NCBI RefSeq assembly: GCF_039541115.1
Contig: NZ_BAABFP010000005.1
Coordinates: forward strand, 124,001-188,000
DNA: 64,000 bases
Source of the DNA: Angustibacter luteus
GTDB taxonomy: Bacteria; Actinomycetota; Actinomycetes; Actinomycetales; Angustibacteraceae
Direction: 5' to 3'
Position 1 is the first letter of the stretch. Each line of letters starts with the position of its first letter. The notes below the pieces were generated by a model, which had not been told where the DNA came from, did no database searches, and was given only the letters and a program-made list of their open reading frames with translations. Shown here piece after piece: positions 31,693-50,734 of this stretch. A program made the translations under genes and the position numbers.

Positions 31693-32604
31693 GTGAGCAC
31701 CCCGACGGGCGCGCCGCTCCCGGCCCTGACGAACCCCCGGGCCGAGCGGGTCCGCAAGGTCGCCCAGCTGTCCCGCCGGGTCGGCCGCGAGCGGGCCGGG
31801 CGGTTCGTGGCCGAGGGTCCGCAGGCCGTGCGGGAGGCGATCGCCGCCCACGTGTCGTCCGGGGACGTCGTCCTCGACCTGTTCGCCACGCCCGACGCGG
31901 CGCAGCGGTGGTCCACCGAGCTCGCGGCCGCGCACGCCGCCGGGCTGGCCGTGGTGCTGGTCGCGGACGACGTGCTGGCCGCGATGACCGGCACCGTGAC
32001 CCCGCAGGGTCTGCTGGCGGTGTGCCGGTTGCTCGACCGGCCGCTGGACGAGGTGCTGGACCGCGCCCTGGCGGTCCCCGCGGAGCGCACGACGCCGTTG
32101 GTCGCCGTGCTCTCGCACGTCCGCGACCCGGGCAACGCCGGCACGGTCCTGCGGGCGGCCGATGCGGCGGGCGCCGGGGCGGTGGTGCTGACCGAGGCGA
32201 GCGTGGACGTGCACAACCCCAAGTGCGTGCGGGCCACGGCAGGCAGCGCCTTCCACCTGCCCGTCGCGCAGGGGCCGGCGCTCGTCGACGTCGTGTCCGC
32301 ACTGCGGGCCCGGGGCTTCGTGGTGCTGGCGGCGGACGGCGCCGGCGAGGCGGACCTGGACGAGCTGCAGGACGCCGCCGAGTCCGACGAGGGCGCGCTG
32401 CTGCGCCGCCCGACGGCGTGGATCTTCGGCAACGAGGCGTGGGGCCTCAGCGAGGAGCAGCGCGGCCTGGCCGATGCCGTGGTGCGGGTGCCGCTGCGTG
32501 GCGGCGCCGAGAGCCTGAACCTCGCGATGGCGGCCACGGTCTGCCTCTACGCCTCGTCGCGCGCCGGACGGCGCCTGCCGTCCACCCGCCGCGAGAGTCG
32601 ATAG
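31693..32604 (+). CDS. TrmH/SpoU family RNA methyltransferase
   Basis: DPGNAGTVLR, FGNEAWGL, ESLNLA SPOUT motifs. Confidence 0.92.
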   Translation: MSTPTGAPLPALTNPRAERVRKVAQLSRRVGRERAGRFVAEGPQAVREAIAAHVSSGDVVLDLFATPDAAQRWSTELAAAHAAGLAVVLVADDVLAAMTGTVTPQGLLAVCRLLDRPLDEVLDRALAVPAERTTPLVAVLSHVRDPGNAGTVLRAADAAGAGAVVLTEASVDVHNPKCVRATAGSAFHLPVAQGPALVDVVSALRARGFVVLAADGAGEADLDELQDAAESDEGALLRRPTAWIFGNEAWGLSEEQRGLADAVVRVPLRGGAESLNLAMAATVCLYASSRAGRRLPSTRRESR

Positions 32605-32655
32605 AGTCCGGGGCATGCCACGCCGCCCAGCGCTCGCCCGCCCCAGGGGTGGCCG

Positions 32656-33741
32656 ATGACCGCTGGACCTCCGGTGGATCTCGACCACCTGCCGGACGGA
32701 GTGCTGGTCGCCGGTGCCGATGCCCGCGTCACGGCCGTGAACGCGGCGGCCGAGCGCGTCCTGCACATGTCCCGTGCCGCGCTGCTCGGCCAGGACGTCC
32801 GCCAGGCCCTGCCGCTGCGCAACACCGAGGGCCAGCGCTGGTGGGACTGCACGGATCCGTGGAGCGGACTGGCCACCCGGAGCGGGCACCGGGAACGGCT
32901 GCTGCTGCTGCCTGGCGACGGCAAGCCGGTCGAGGTGTTGGTCACCGCCAGCTACCGCCGCTCGGCCATGAGCGCGCCCGTCGACGCCGTGGTGCTGGGG
33001 CTGCGGGACGCGAAGGCGCGCCAGCGCACCCAGGAGGAGCACGGCGCCCTCATCTCCACCGTCGCCCACGAGCTGCGCTCCCCGCTGACCTCGGTCAAGG
33101 GCTTCACGGCGACCCTGCTGCGCCGCTGGGAGCGGTTCACCGACGACCAGAAGCGGTTCATGCTGGAGACGATCGAGCACGACGCGGACCGGGTGACCCG
33201 GCTGATCAGCGAGCTGCTCGACATCTCGCGGATCGACGCCGGCCGGCTCGAGGTGCACGCCCAGCCCGTCGACCTCGCCGCCGCCGCCCGTCGGCACGTC
33301 GACCGGATGGTCGCCAGCGGTAACGACCAGCGCAAGTTCGTCGTGCACGCCGCCCCGCACCTGCCCGAGGTCTGGGCCGACCCGGACCGCCTCGACCAGG
33401 TCATGTCCAACCTGCTGGAAAACGCCGTGCGGCACGGGGACGGCATGGTGACACTGGACCTCGTGGCCACGTCCGAGGTGCTCAGCGCCGGCTCCGACCC
33501 GGAGCCGGTCGTCGCGGTGAGCGTCAGCGACGAGGGCGAGGGCATCGACGAGGAGAACCTGCAGCGGGTGTTCACCCGGTTCTGGCACGGCCACCGGCGC
33601 GGCGGCACGGGCCTCGGGCTGTACCTGGTGCGCGGTCTTGTCGAGGCGCACGGCGGCAAGATCACGGTCGGACGGGCCGCCTCGGGCGGTGCCGAGTTCC
33701 GATTTACGCTGCCCGCCTCGGTCCCGGACCACGTGGCCTGA
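32656..33741 (+). CDS. Orphan cytoplasmic PAS-domain sensor histidine kinase (OhkA-like position)
   Basis: PAS (LPDGV..VNAAAE), H-box HELRSPL, NLLENAVRH, DEGEG, GTGLGL; no TM; no adjacent response regulator. Confidence 0.9.
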   Translation: MTAGPPVDLDHLPDGVLVAGADARVTAVNAAAERVLHMSRAALLGQDVRQALPLRNTEGQRWWDCTDPWSGLATRSGHRERLLLLPGDGKPVEVLVTASYRRSAMSAPVDAVVLGLRDAKARQRTQEEHGALISTVAHELRSPLTSVKGFTATLLRRWERFTDDQKRFMLETIEHDADRVTRLISELLDISRIDAGRLEVHAQPVDLAAAARRHVDRMVASGNDQRKFVVHAAPHLPEVWADPDRLDQVMSNLLENAVRHGDGMVTLDLVATSEVLSAGSDPEPVVAVSVSDEGEGIDEENLQRVFTRFWHGHRRGGTGLGLYLVRGLVEAHGGKITVGRAASGGAEFRFTLPASVPDHVA

Positions 33742-34889
<1,148 letters not shown>

Positions 34890-34890
<1 letters not shown>

Positions 34891-37466
34891 TGCGCGCCCC
34901 GCTGTCCTGGCTGCGCGAGCACACCGACCTGCCGGCCGAGGCGACCGCCGAGGACGTGCAGGCCGTGCTGGTGCGGGTCGGTTTCGAGGAGGAGGCGATC
35001 CACCGCGCCGACCTGGTCGGTCCGCTGGTCGTCGGCGAGGTGCTCACGGCCGAGCGCGAGCCGCAGAAGAACGGCAAGACCATCTCCTGGTGCCAGGTGC
35101 GGGTCGGCGCCGGCCACGGCGCGGACGGCGGCGACGTCCGCGGGATCGTGTGCGGTGCACCGAACTTCGAGGCGGGGGACCGGGTCGTCGTGGCGCTGCC
35201 CGGGGCCGTGCTTCCCGGCGGATTCGAGATCGCCTCGCGCAAGACCTACGGCCACGTGTCCGACGGGATGATCTGCTCCGAGCGCGAGCTCGGCCTGGGT
35301 GACGACCACAGCGGCATCATCGTGCTGTCCCGCATCGGCCTCGGCGACGCCGAGGTGGGCACGGACGCACTGGCCCTGCTGGGGCTGGACGATGTCGCCG
35401 TCGAGGTGAACGTCAACCCCGACCGCGGCTACTGCTTCAGCCTGCGCGGCCTTGCCCGCGAGTACGCGGTGAGCGCAGGCGGCCGGTTCGTCGACCCGGT
35501 CGACCCGCAGGTCGTGGTGGCACCCGCGCCGGACGGCCAGGGTCACCCGGTTCGGCTCGCCGACGACGGGCCGCTGCGCGGCACGCCGGGCTGCGACCGC
35601 TACGTCGCGCGCACCGTGCGCGGCTTCGACCCGACCGCCGCCACCCCGCCGTGGATGCGCCGGGTCCTTCGGCTGTGCGGCATGCGGCCGATCTCGCTCG
35701 CGGTCGACGTGACCAACTACGTGATGCTCGCGACCGGGCAGCCGCTGCACGCCTTCGACCTGGACGCGCTCGGCGACGAGATCGTGGTGCGCCGGGCCCG
35801 GTCGGGCGAACGGCTGTCCACGCTGGACGGCGTCGAGCGGACGCTGGACGTCGAGGACCTGCTGATCACGGACGAGTCCGACGGGCGCTCCCGGGTGCTC
35901 GCCCTGGCCGGGGTGATGGGTGGCGCGAGCAGCGAGGTGCGCGACGCCACGACGAACCTGCTCGTCGAGTCGGCGCACTTCGACCCGATCACCGTGGCCC
36001 GCACCGCGCGCCGGCACAAGCTGCCGACGGAGGCCGGACGGCGCTACGAGCGCGGCGTGGACACGGACCTCGCCGACCGCGCGGCCGAGCTCGCCGTCCG
36101 GCTGCTCGCCGAGCTGGGTGGCGGCTCGGGATCCAGTGGGATCACGGATGTGGACGAGCGAGTTCCCCGGCCGGCGCTGCTGATGCCCGTGGACCTGCCG
36201 ACCCGGTTGGTCGGGGTGAGCTACACCCGCGAGCAGGTGGTCCAGGCCCTGGAGGCCGTCGGCTGCCTGGTCTCGCCCGCCGCGATCGAGGGTGCGGACG
36301 ACGCCGACGCCGCCCGCGAGGACCTGCAGGTGGTGGTGCCGTCGTGGCGTCCGGACCTGGTGCAGGGCGCGGACCTGGTCGAGGAGGTCGCCCGGGTGCA
36401 CGGCTACGAGCACATCCCGTCGGTGCTGCCGCAGGCGCCGGCCGGTCGTGGGCTGACGCGTTCGCAGCGGCTGCGCCGGTCGGCGGCGCGCTCGCTGGCC
36501 GAGCGCGGGCTGGTCGAGGTGCTCACGTACCCGTTCACGTCGGTGGAGCGGTTCGACGCGCTCGGCCTGCCCGCGGACGACGTCCGTCGCCGGGCGCTGC
36601 GGCTGGCGAACCCGTTGAGCGAGCAGGAACCCCTGCTGCGTACCAGCGTCCTGGCCACGCTGCCGGACGCCGCCCGCCGCAACGTCTCGCGCGGCCAGCG
36701 CGACGTCGCCCTGTTCGAGGTGGGCCGGGTCTTCCGCCCGAGCGGCGAACCAGTGGCTGCCCCCCGCCCGGGCGGTGGTCGACGTCCGGACGACGCCGTG
36801 CTCGCCGAGCTGGAGGCCGGGGTGCCGGCTCAGCCGTGGCTGGTCGGCCTGCTGCTGGCCGGTCAGCGCGAGCCGGCCGGCTGGTGGGGACCGGGGCGGG
36901 CTGCGGACTGGGCGGACGCCGTGGACGCGGTGCAGGGACTCGCCCAGGCGTTGGGAGTGCCGCCGCTGCGCGTGACGGCCGACCAGCACGAGCCGTGGCA
37001 CCCGGGGCGGTGCGCCCGGCTCGAGCTGGCGGACGGCACGCTCGTCGGGCACGCCGGCGAGCTCGCGCCGAAGGTCGTCGCGGCCCTCGACCTGCCCGAG
37101 CGCACGTGTGCGGCCGAGGTCGACCTCGACGTCCTGGTCGCCGCGGCGCCCGAGGTGATCGAGGCCGAGCCCGTGCTCACCCACCCGGTCGCCCTGCGCG
37201 ACGTGGCCCTCGTGGTCGGCGCCGACGTCCCCGCCGCTCGCGTCGAGCAGGCGCTGTGGGACGGCGGCGGCGCGCTGGTCGAGCAGGTGCGGTTGTTCGA
37301 CGACTACCGCGGCGAGCAGGTGGAGCCCGGCAAGCGGTCGCTGGCGTACCGGCTGGTGCTGCGGGCGCCGGACCGGACGCTGACCGGCGAGGAGGCCGCG
37401 GCCGCCACGGATGCCGCGGTCGCGGCGGCGGTCGAGGCCACCGGGGCGGTCCTGCGCGACCACTGA
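34890..37466 (+). CDS. pheT: Phenylalanine--tRNA ligase beta subunit
   Basis: MRAPLSWLRE, IVCGAPN, SDGMICS, NPDRGYC, PSWRPDL, FDX-ACB C-terminus. Confidence 0.98.
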
Positions 37467-37555
37467 CCCCCACCTCCCCGCGGTGATCATGCACGTTCGC
37501 CCCGCGACGTCGTGGCGTGCGGGGCGAACGTGCATGATCACCGCGGGAGGTGGGG
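37467..37555. repeat. Long intergenic palindrome (REP-like / terminator)
   Basis: Perfect 29-bp arms 37477-37505 and 37519-37547, extended by CCCCACCTC/GAGGTGGGG. Confidence 0.85.
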
Positions 37556-37580
37556 TGACGCGAGGGGTGGCGACGCAGGG

Positions 37581-39804
<2,224 letters not shown>

Positions 39805-39808
<4 letters not shown>

Positions 39809-40718
39809 GCGACACCCGCCGCTGGGGCAGCACCCGCCCCATGCGCGAGGACAACCCGGAGTGGGACGCGACGCGCGCAGCCGTCCTGGTCGACGCGCTG
39901 CCCTGGCTCAAGGAGTTCTACGGGCAGGTCGTCGTGATCAAGTACGGCGGCAACGCGATGACCGACCCCGACCTCAAGCGCGCGTTCGCCCAGGACATGG
40001 TCTTCCTGCGGCACGTCGGCATCCGACCCGTGGTCGTGCACGGCGGGGGGCCGCAGGTCACCGCCATGCTCAACCGGCTCGGCGTCGACTCCCAGTTCCG
40101 GGCGGGCCTGCGGGTCACCACCGAGGACACCGTGGACGTCGTCCGGATGGTGCTGGTCGGGCAGGTCGGGCGCGAGCTGGTCGGTCTGATCAACGAGCAC
40201 GGACCGCACGCCGTGGGGCTGTCCGGCGAGGACGCCGGGCTGTTCCGCGCCGAGCGCACCCGGCCGCTGGTGAACGGCGAGCCGGTGGACGTCGGCCTGG
40301 TCGGCGACGTGGTCCAGGTGGACCCCACCGCGGTGCTGGACCTGGTGGCGGCCGGGCGCATCCCCGTGGTGTCCAGCATCGCGCCCGAGGCCAGCGGGCA
40401 GGTGCTGAACGTGAACGCGGACACCGCGGCCGCTGCGCTCGCCGTCGCGCTCGGTGCGGTCAAGCTCGTCGTCCTCACCGACGTCGAGGGGCTCTACGCG
40501 GACTGGCCGGACCGCAGCTCCCTGGTGCAGAAGATCGGTGCGGACGAGCTCGAGCAGGTGCTGCCGCAGATCGACTCCGGGATGGCGCCCAAGATGGCCG
40601 CGTGCCTACGCGCCGTCCGGGGCGGGGTGGGCCGGGCGACCGTGGTGAACGGCCGGCTCGAGCACGCCCTGCTGCTCGAGATGCTGACCAGCGAGGGGAC
40701 CGGGACGATGGTGACGCC

Positions 40719-40722
<4 letters not shown>
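39805..40722 (+). CDS. argB: Acetylglutamate kinase
   Basis: [27 protein letters not shown]. Confidence 0.96.
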
Positions 40723-46307
<5,585 letters not shown>

Positions 46308-46446
46308 NNNNNNNNNNNNNNNNNNNNNNNNNNNNNNNNNNNNNNNNNNNNNNNNNNNNNNNNNNNNNNNNNNNNNNNNNNNNNNNNNNNNNNNNNNNNN
46401 NNNNNNNNNNNNNNNNNNNNNNNNNNNNNNNNNNNNNNNNNNNNNN
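46308..46446. other. Assembly gap (139 N)
   Basis: Run of n characters. Confidence 1.
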
Positions 46447-46462
46447 CCCCGCACACCCACGC

Positions 46463-46534
46463 TTCCGCCACCCAGTCCGGTTTCCGCCACTCAAGCCGCA
46501 CCAGGAGCGCTCTCGACCGGACTGAACGGCGGAA
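46463..46534. repeat. Imperfect inverted repeat between convergent argH and DUF3099-like gene
   Basis: TTCCGCCACCCAGTCCGGT (46463-46481) vs ACCGGACTGAACGGCGGAA (46516-46534), 16/19 complementary. Confidence 0.6.
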
Positions 46535-46537
46535 AGG

Positions 46538-46786
46538 TCAGCCCGGGCGTCGCCAGCTGCTGCCGATGACGGCAGCCAGCGGCAGCAAGGGCGCGGCCAG
46601 CACCAGCGCGGCGATGCGCCACGGCGTCGGTGCCGGCACGAAGAAGCCGAACAGCACGAGCGCGATGCACGGCACCCACACGAGGAAGTAGCGCACCCGC
46701 TGACGGGCGATCTCGTCGTCCCGCGCCTCGTGCTCGGTCGGCGTGACGATGTCGTACCGCGGAAGCCGCCGCGACCGGCGTGCCAT
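46538..46786 (-). CDS. Small membrane protein (DUF3099-like)
   Basis: DDEIARQRVRYFL..two TM..LLPLAAVIG; CAGACT -10 hexamer 7 nt before ATG. Confidence 0.6.
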   Translation of the reverse strand: MARRSRRLPRYDIVTPTEHEARDDEIARQRVRYFLVWVPCIALVLFGFFVPAPTPWRIAALVLAAPLLPLAAVIGSSWRRPG

Positions 46787-46898
46787 GGCGACCAGTCTGC
46801 ATCCCTTCGCGTAGAAATGCTTTACGTGGGACGGTGTCCCGGCAAGGATGCGTGCAGGGACCGCAACGGAGCGGGACGGCGAAGCAGGAGGTTCGTGG

Positions 46899-47186
46899 AT
46901 GACAGCGCACGACGACCTGGAGACGGCAGCCCGGGAGCTGGCCGACCTACGCGCGTGCGTGGCGTCGTTGCAGGCGCACCTGGGCGACACCGTCGACGTC
47001 CAGCGGCTGCGCGACGACATCGCCCGCATCGCCGCGGACCTCAACCTGGTTGCTCGGACCGAGGGCATGCGGCACGGACCCGCCCAGCCCGGCGAGATCA
47101 TCTACATCTCGGACGAGGAGTACGACCCGTCGTTCTGGTCGGACGCGGACGACGAGGGCCTGGGCGCCACCGGTCGGGCGGGCTGA
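46899..47186 (+). CDS. Small protein of the Sdh1-type operon (Rv0250c-like)
   Basis: SD CAGGAGG; C-terminal YDPSFWSDADDEGLG motif; first gene of the operon. Confidence 0.75.
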   Translation: MTAHDDLETAARELADLRACVASLQAHLGDTVDVQRLRDDIARIAADLNLVARTEGMRHGPAQPGEIIYISDEEYDPSFWSDADDEGLGATGRAG

Positions 47187-47189
47187 GGG

Positions 47190-48023
47190 GTGGCGCGCAG
47201 CACCCCCGCAGCAGCCAAGCCCAGCACTCCCGCACCCGTGACCGGGGTCGGCCATCCAGGGCGCGCGCGGATCCCCGCCCGTACCCTGCGGACCGACCGC
47301 TACTGGGTGCAGCCGGCCATCACGTTCGGTGTGCTGTTCGCGTTCATCATCTACGCCACGATCCGGGCCTTCTGGAACGGCGCCTACTACAGCGCCCCGT
47401 ACATCTCGCCGTTCTACTCCCCGTGCCTGTCCACCAACTGCGTGCCGGGCACGGGCGAGGTGCACCTGCTCGGCGACTGGTGGAAGCTCTCGCCGGCCCT
47501 GATCATCCTGATCTTCCCGCTGGGCTTCCGGATGACCTGCTACTACTACCGCAAGGCGTACTTCCGGTCGTTCTGGCTGAGCCCGCCCGCTTGCGCCGTC
47601 GCAGAGCCGCACGGTGCGTACTCGGGTGAGACGCGTTTCCCGTTGATCCTGAACAACATCCACCGGTACTTCTTCTACGCCGGCCTGGTGTTCAACGTGA
47701 TCCTCACCTACGACGCGATCCTGGGCTTCCGGAACGCGGACGGCGAGTGGGGGCACATGGGGCTCGGCACGCTGGTGCTGCTGACGAACGCCACGTTGCT
47801 CTGGCTGTACTCGCTGTCCTGCCACTCGTGTCGGCACGCGATCGGCGGCCGGCTCAAGCACTTCTCCGCACACCCGTTGCGCTACAAGGGTTGGACGTTC
47901 GTCTCCCGGCTCAACACCCGGCACATGCTGTTCGCCTGGGTCTCCCTGGTGGGGGTGGCGCTGACCGACGCGTACGTCGCGTGCCTGGCCGCCGGCGTGT
48001 TCAACGACCCCAAGTTCTTCTGA
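47190..48023 (+). CDS. Succinate dehydrogenase membrane anchor (Rv0249c/Sdh1-type)
   Basis: SPFYSPC, FRMTCYYYRKAY..SPPACAV, ETRFP, SCHSCRH, HMLFAW. Confidence 0.85.
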   Translation: MARSTPAAAKPSTPAPVTGVGHPGRARIPARTLRTDRYWVQPAITFGVLFAFIIYATIRAFWNGAYYSAPYISPFYSPCLSTNCVPGTGEVHLLGDWWKLSPALIILIFPLGFRMTCYYYRKAYFRSFWLSPPACAVAEPHGAYSGETRFPLILNNIHRYFFYAGLVFNVILTYDAILGFRNADGEWGHMGLGTLVLLTNATLLWLYSLSCHSCRHAIGGRLKHFSAHPLRYKGWTFVSRLNTRHMLFAWVSLVGVALTDAYVACLAAGVFNDPKFF

Positions 48024-48051
48024 TCCCAACGGTTTTCGAGGAGACGCCCGC

Positions 48052-49977
48052 GTGAGCGACCTGGAGCGCTACCAGTACGACGTCGTGGTGATCGGTGCCG
48101 GCGGCGCCGGGCTGCGCGCGGCCATCGAGGCCCGCGAGCACGGCCTGCGCACCGCGATCATCTGCAAGTCCCTGTTCGGCAAGGCGCACACGGTGATGGC
48201 CGAGGGCGGCATCGCGGCGTCCATGGGAAACGTGAACTCCAAGGACAGCTGGCAGGTGCACTTCCGCGACACCATGCGCGGCGGCAAGTTCCTGAACAAC
48301 CCGCGGATGGCCGAGCTGCACGCGCAGGAGGCGCCGCAACGCGTCTGGGAGCTGGAGACGTACGGCGCCCTGTTCGACCGCACTCCCGAGGGCAAGATCA
48401 GCCAGCGCAACTTCGGTGGTCACGAGTACCCCCGGCTCGCCCACGTCGGCGACCGCACGGGCCTCGAGCTCATCCGCACCTTGCAGCAGAAGATCGTCTC
48501 CCTGCAGCAGGAGGACCTGCGCGAGCACGGCGACCTGGACGCCCGGATCCGGGTGTTCGCCGAGCTCACCGTGACCGACCTGCTCAAGGACGGCGACGCG
48601 ATCAGCGGCGCGTTCGGCTACTGGCGTGAGTCAGGCCGGTTCGTCGTCTTCGAGGCGCCGGCCGTCGTGCTGGCGACCGGTGGCATCGGCAAGTCGTTCA
48701 AGGTGACCTCGAACTCCTGGGAGTACACCGGCGACGGCCACGCGCTGGCCCTGCGCGCCGGCGCGACGCTGATCAACATGGAGTTCATCCAGTTCCACCC
48801 GACCGGCATGGTCTGGCCGCCGTCGGTGAAGGGCATCCTGGTCACCGAGTCGGTGCGCGGCGACGGGGGAGTGCTGCGCAACAGCGAGGGCAAGCGGTTC
48901 ATGTTCGACCACGTGCCCGACGTGTTCCGTGGCCAGTACGCGGACACCGAGGAGGAGGCCGACCGCTGGTACTCCGACGCGGACAACAACAAGCGCCCCC
49001 CGGAGCTGCTGCCGCGCGACGAGGTCGCCCGCGCGATCAACACCGAGGTGAAGGAGGGCCGCGGCTCCCCGCACGGCGGTGTCTTCCTCGACGTGTCCAC
49101 GCGCCTGCCCGCCGACGAGATCATCCGCCGGCTGCCATCGATGCACCACCAGTTCAAGGAGCTCGCGGACGTCGACATCACGGCCGAGCCGATGGAGGTC
49201 GGGCCCACGTGCCACTACGTGATGGGCGGGGTCGAGGTGGATGCCGACACCGCCGCAGCGGTGGTGCCCGGGCTGTTCGCGGCCGGCGAGGTGGCCGGTG
49301 GCATGCACGGGTCGAACCGGTTGGGTGGCAACTCGCTGTCGGACCTGCTGGTGTTCGGCCGTCGGGCCGGCGCCGGTGCCGCGGCGTACGTCGAGGGGCT
49401 GGGGGAGCGTCGTCCGGCGATCACCGACGACGACCTGGCTGCGGCGTCCAAGACGGCGCTGGAGCCGTTCACGATCGGCGGGGCCGCGGACGCCGCGGTC
49501 GAGAACCCGTACTCCATCCACTCCGAGATGCAGCAGATGATGAACGACCTGGTCGGCATCATCCGGCGTGAGGCTGAGATCGCGGAGGCGCTGCAACGGC
49601 TGACCGGCCTGCGCGAGCGGGCCGACCGGGCCGGCGTCGAGGGCCACCGCCAGTTCAACCCGGGCTGGCACCTGGCGCTGGACCTGCGCAACATGCTGGA
49701 CGTCAGCGAGTGCGTGGCGAAGGCCGCGCTGGAGCGGACCGAGAGCCGCGGCGGCCACACCCGCGAGGACTTCCCGGCGATGGACCCGCAGTGGCGGGGC
49801 GTGAACCTGGTCTGCCGGCTGACCGACGACGGCGTCGAGCTGACCCGCCAGCCGGTGCCGGCGATCCGTCCGGAGCTGTTGACGCTGTTCGAGCGCACCG
49901 AGCTGTCCAAGTACCTGACGGACGACGAGCTCGCGGTCTTCGACGAAGCCTCCGGGCGAGGAGGGGAGCAGGCATGA
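48052..49977 (+). CDS. sdhA: Succinate dehydrogenase/fumarate reductase flavoprotein subunit
   Basis: GAGGAG, AHTVMAEGG, QFHPTG, HYVMGG, HGSNRLGGNSL, ESRGGH. Confidence 0.93.
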   Translation: MSDLERYQYDVVVIGAGGAGLRAAIEAREHGLRTAIICKSLFGKAHTVMAEGGIAASMGNVNSKDSWQVHFRDTMRGGKFLNNPRMAELHAQEAPQRVWELETYGALFDRTPEGKISQRNFGGHEYPRLAHVGDRTGLELIRTLQQKIVSLQQEDLREHGDLDARIRVFAELTVTDLLKDGDAISGAFGYWRESGRFVVFEAPAVVLATGGIGKSFKVTSNSWEYTGDGHALALRAGATLINMEFIQFHPTGMVWPPSVKGILVTESVRGDGGVLRNSEGKRFMFDHVPDVFRGQYADTEEEADRWYSDADNNKRPPELLPRDEVARAINTEVKEGRGSPHGGVFLDVSTRLPADEIIRRLPSMHHQFKELADVDITAEPMEVGPTCHYVMGGVEVDADTAAAVVPGLFAAGEVAGGMHGSNRLGGNSLSDLLVFGRRAGAGAAAYVEGLGERRPAITDDDLAAASKTALEPFTIGGAADAAVENPYSIHSEMQQMMNDLVGIIRREAEIAEALQRLTGLRERADRAGVEGHRQFNPGWHLALDLRNMLDVSECVAKAALERTESRGGHTREDFPAMDPQWRGVNLVCRLTDDGVELTRQPVPAIRPELLTLFERTELSKYLTDDELAVFDEASGRGGEQA

Positions 49978-50723
49978 GCTACGACGCACGGTTCCGGGTC
50001 TGGCGTGGGGACGCCGACGACGGCGAGCTGCACGACTACACGGTCGAGGTGAACGAGGGCGAGGTCGTCCTCGACATCATCCACCGGCTGCAGGCCACCC
50101 AGGCCGGCGATCTCGCCGTCCGGTGGAACTGCAAGGCCGGCAAGTGCGGATCGTGCAGCGCCGAGATCAACGGGCGTCCGCGACTGCTGTGCATGACGCG
50201 GATGAGCACCTTCACGGAGGAGGAGCTCATCACGGTCACCCCGCTGCGCGCCTTCCCCGTGATCCGCGACCTGGTGACCGACGTGTCCTTCAACTACGAC
50301 AAGGCGCGACAGGTGCCGGCCTTCCAGCCACCTGCTGACCTCGAGCCCGGCGACTACCGGATGGCGCAGGTCGACGTGGAGCGCTCGCAGGAGTTCCGCA
50401 AGTGCATCGAGTGCTTCCTGTGCCAGGACGTCTGCCACGTGGTGCGCGACCACGAGGACAACAAGCAGGCGTTCGCCGGGCCGCGCTTCCTGATGCGGAT
50501 CGCCGAGCTCGACATGCACCCGCTGGACGAGCGGGACCGCAAGAGCGAGGCGCAGGAGGAGTTCGGTCTCGGCTACTGCAACATCACCAAGTGCTGCACC
50601 GAGGTGTGCCCGGAGCACATCAAGATCACCGACAACGCGTTGATCCCGATGAAGGAGCGCGTCGTGGACCGCAAGTACGATCCGCTGGTGTGGCTGGGCA
50701 ACAAGATCGCGCGCCGCTCCTGA
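49974..50723 (+). CDS. sdhB: Succinate dehydrogenase/fumarate reductase iron-sulfur subunit
   Basis: CKAGKCGSC, CIECFLCQDVC, CNITKCCTEVCP. Confidence 0.93.
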   Translation: MSYDARFRVWRGDADDGELHDYTVEVNEGEVVLDIIHRLQATQAGDLAVRWNCKAGKCGSCSAEINGRPRLLCMTRMSTFTEEELITVTPLRAFPVIRDLVTDVSFNYDKARQVPAFQPPADLEPGDYRMAQVDVERSQEFRKCIECFLCQDVCHVVRDHEDNKQAFAGPRFLMRIAELDMHPLDERDRKSEAQEEFGLGYCNITKCCTEVCPEHIKITDNALIPMKERVVDRKYDPLVWLGNKIARRS

Positions 50724-50734
50724 CCGACGGCCAG

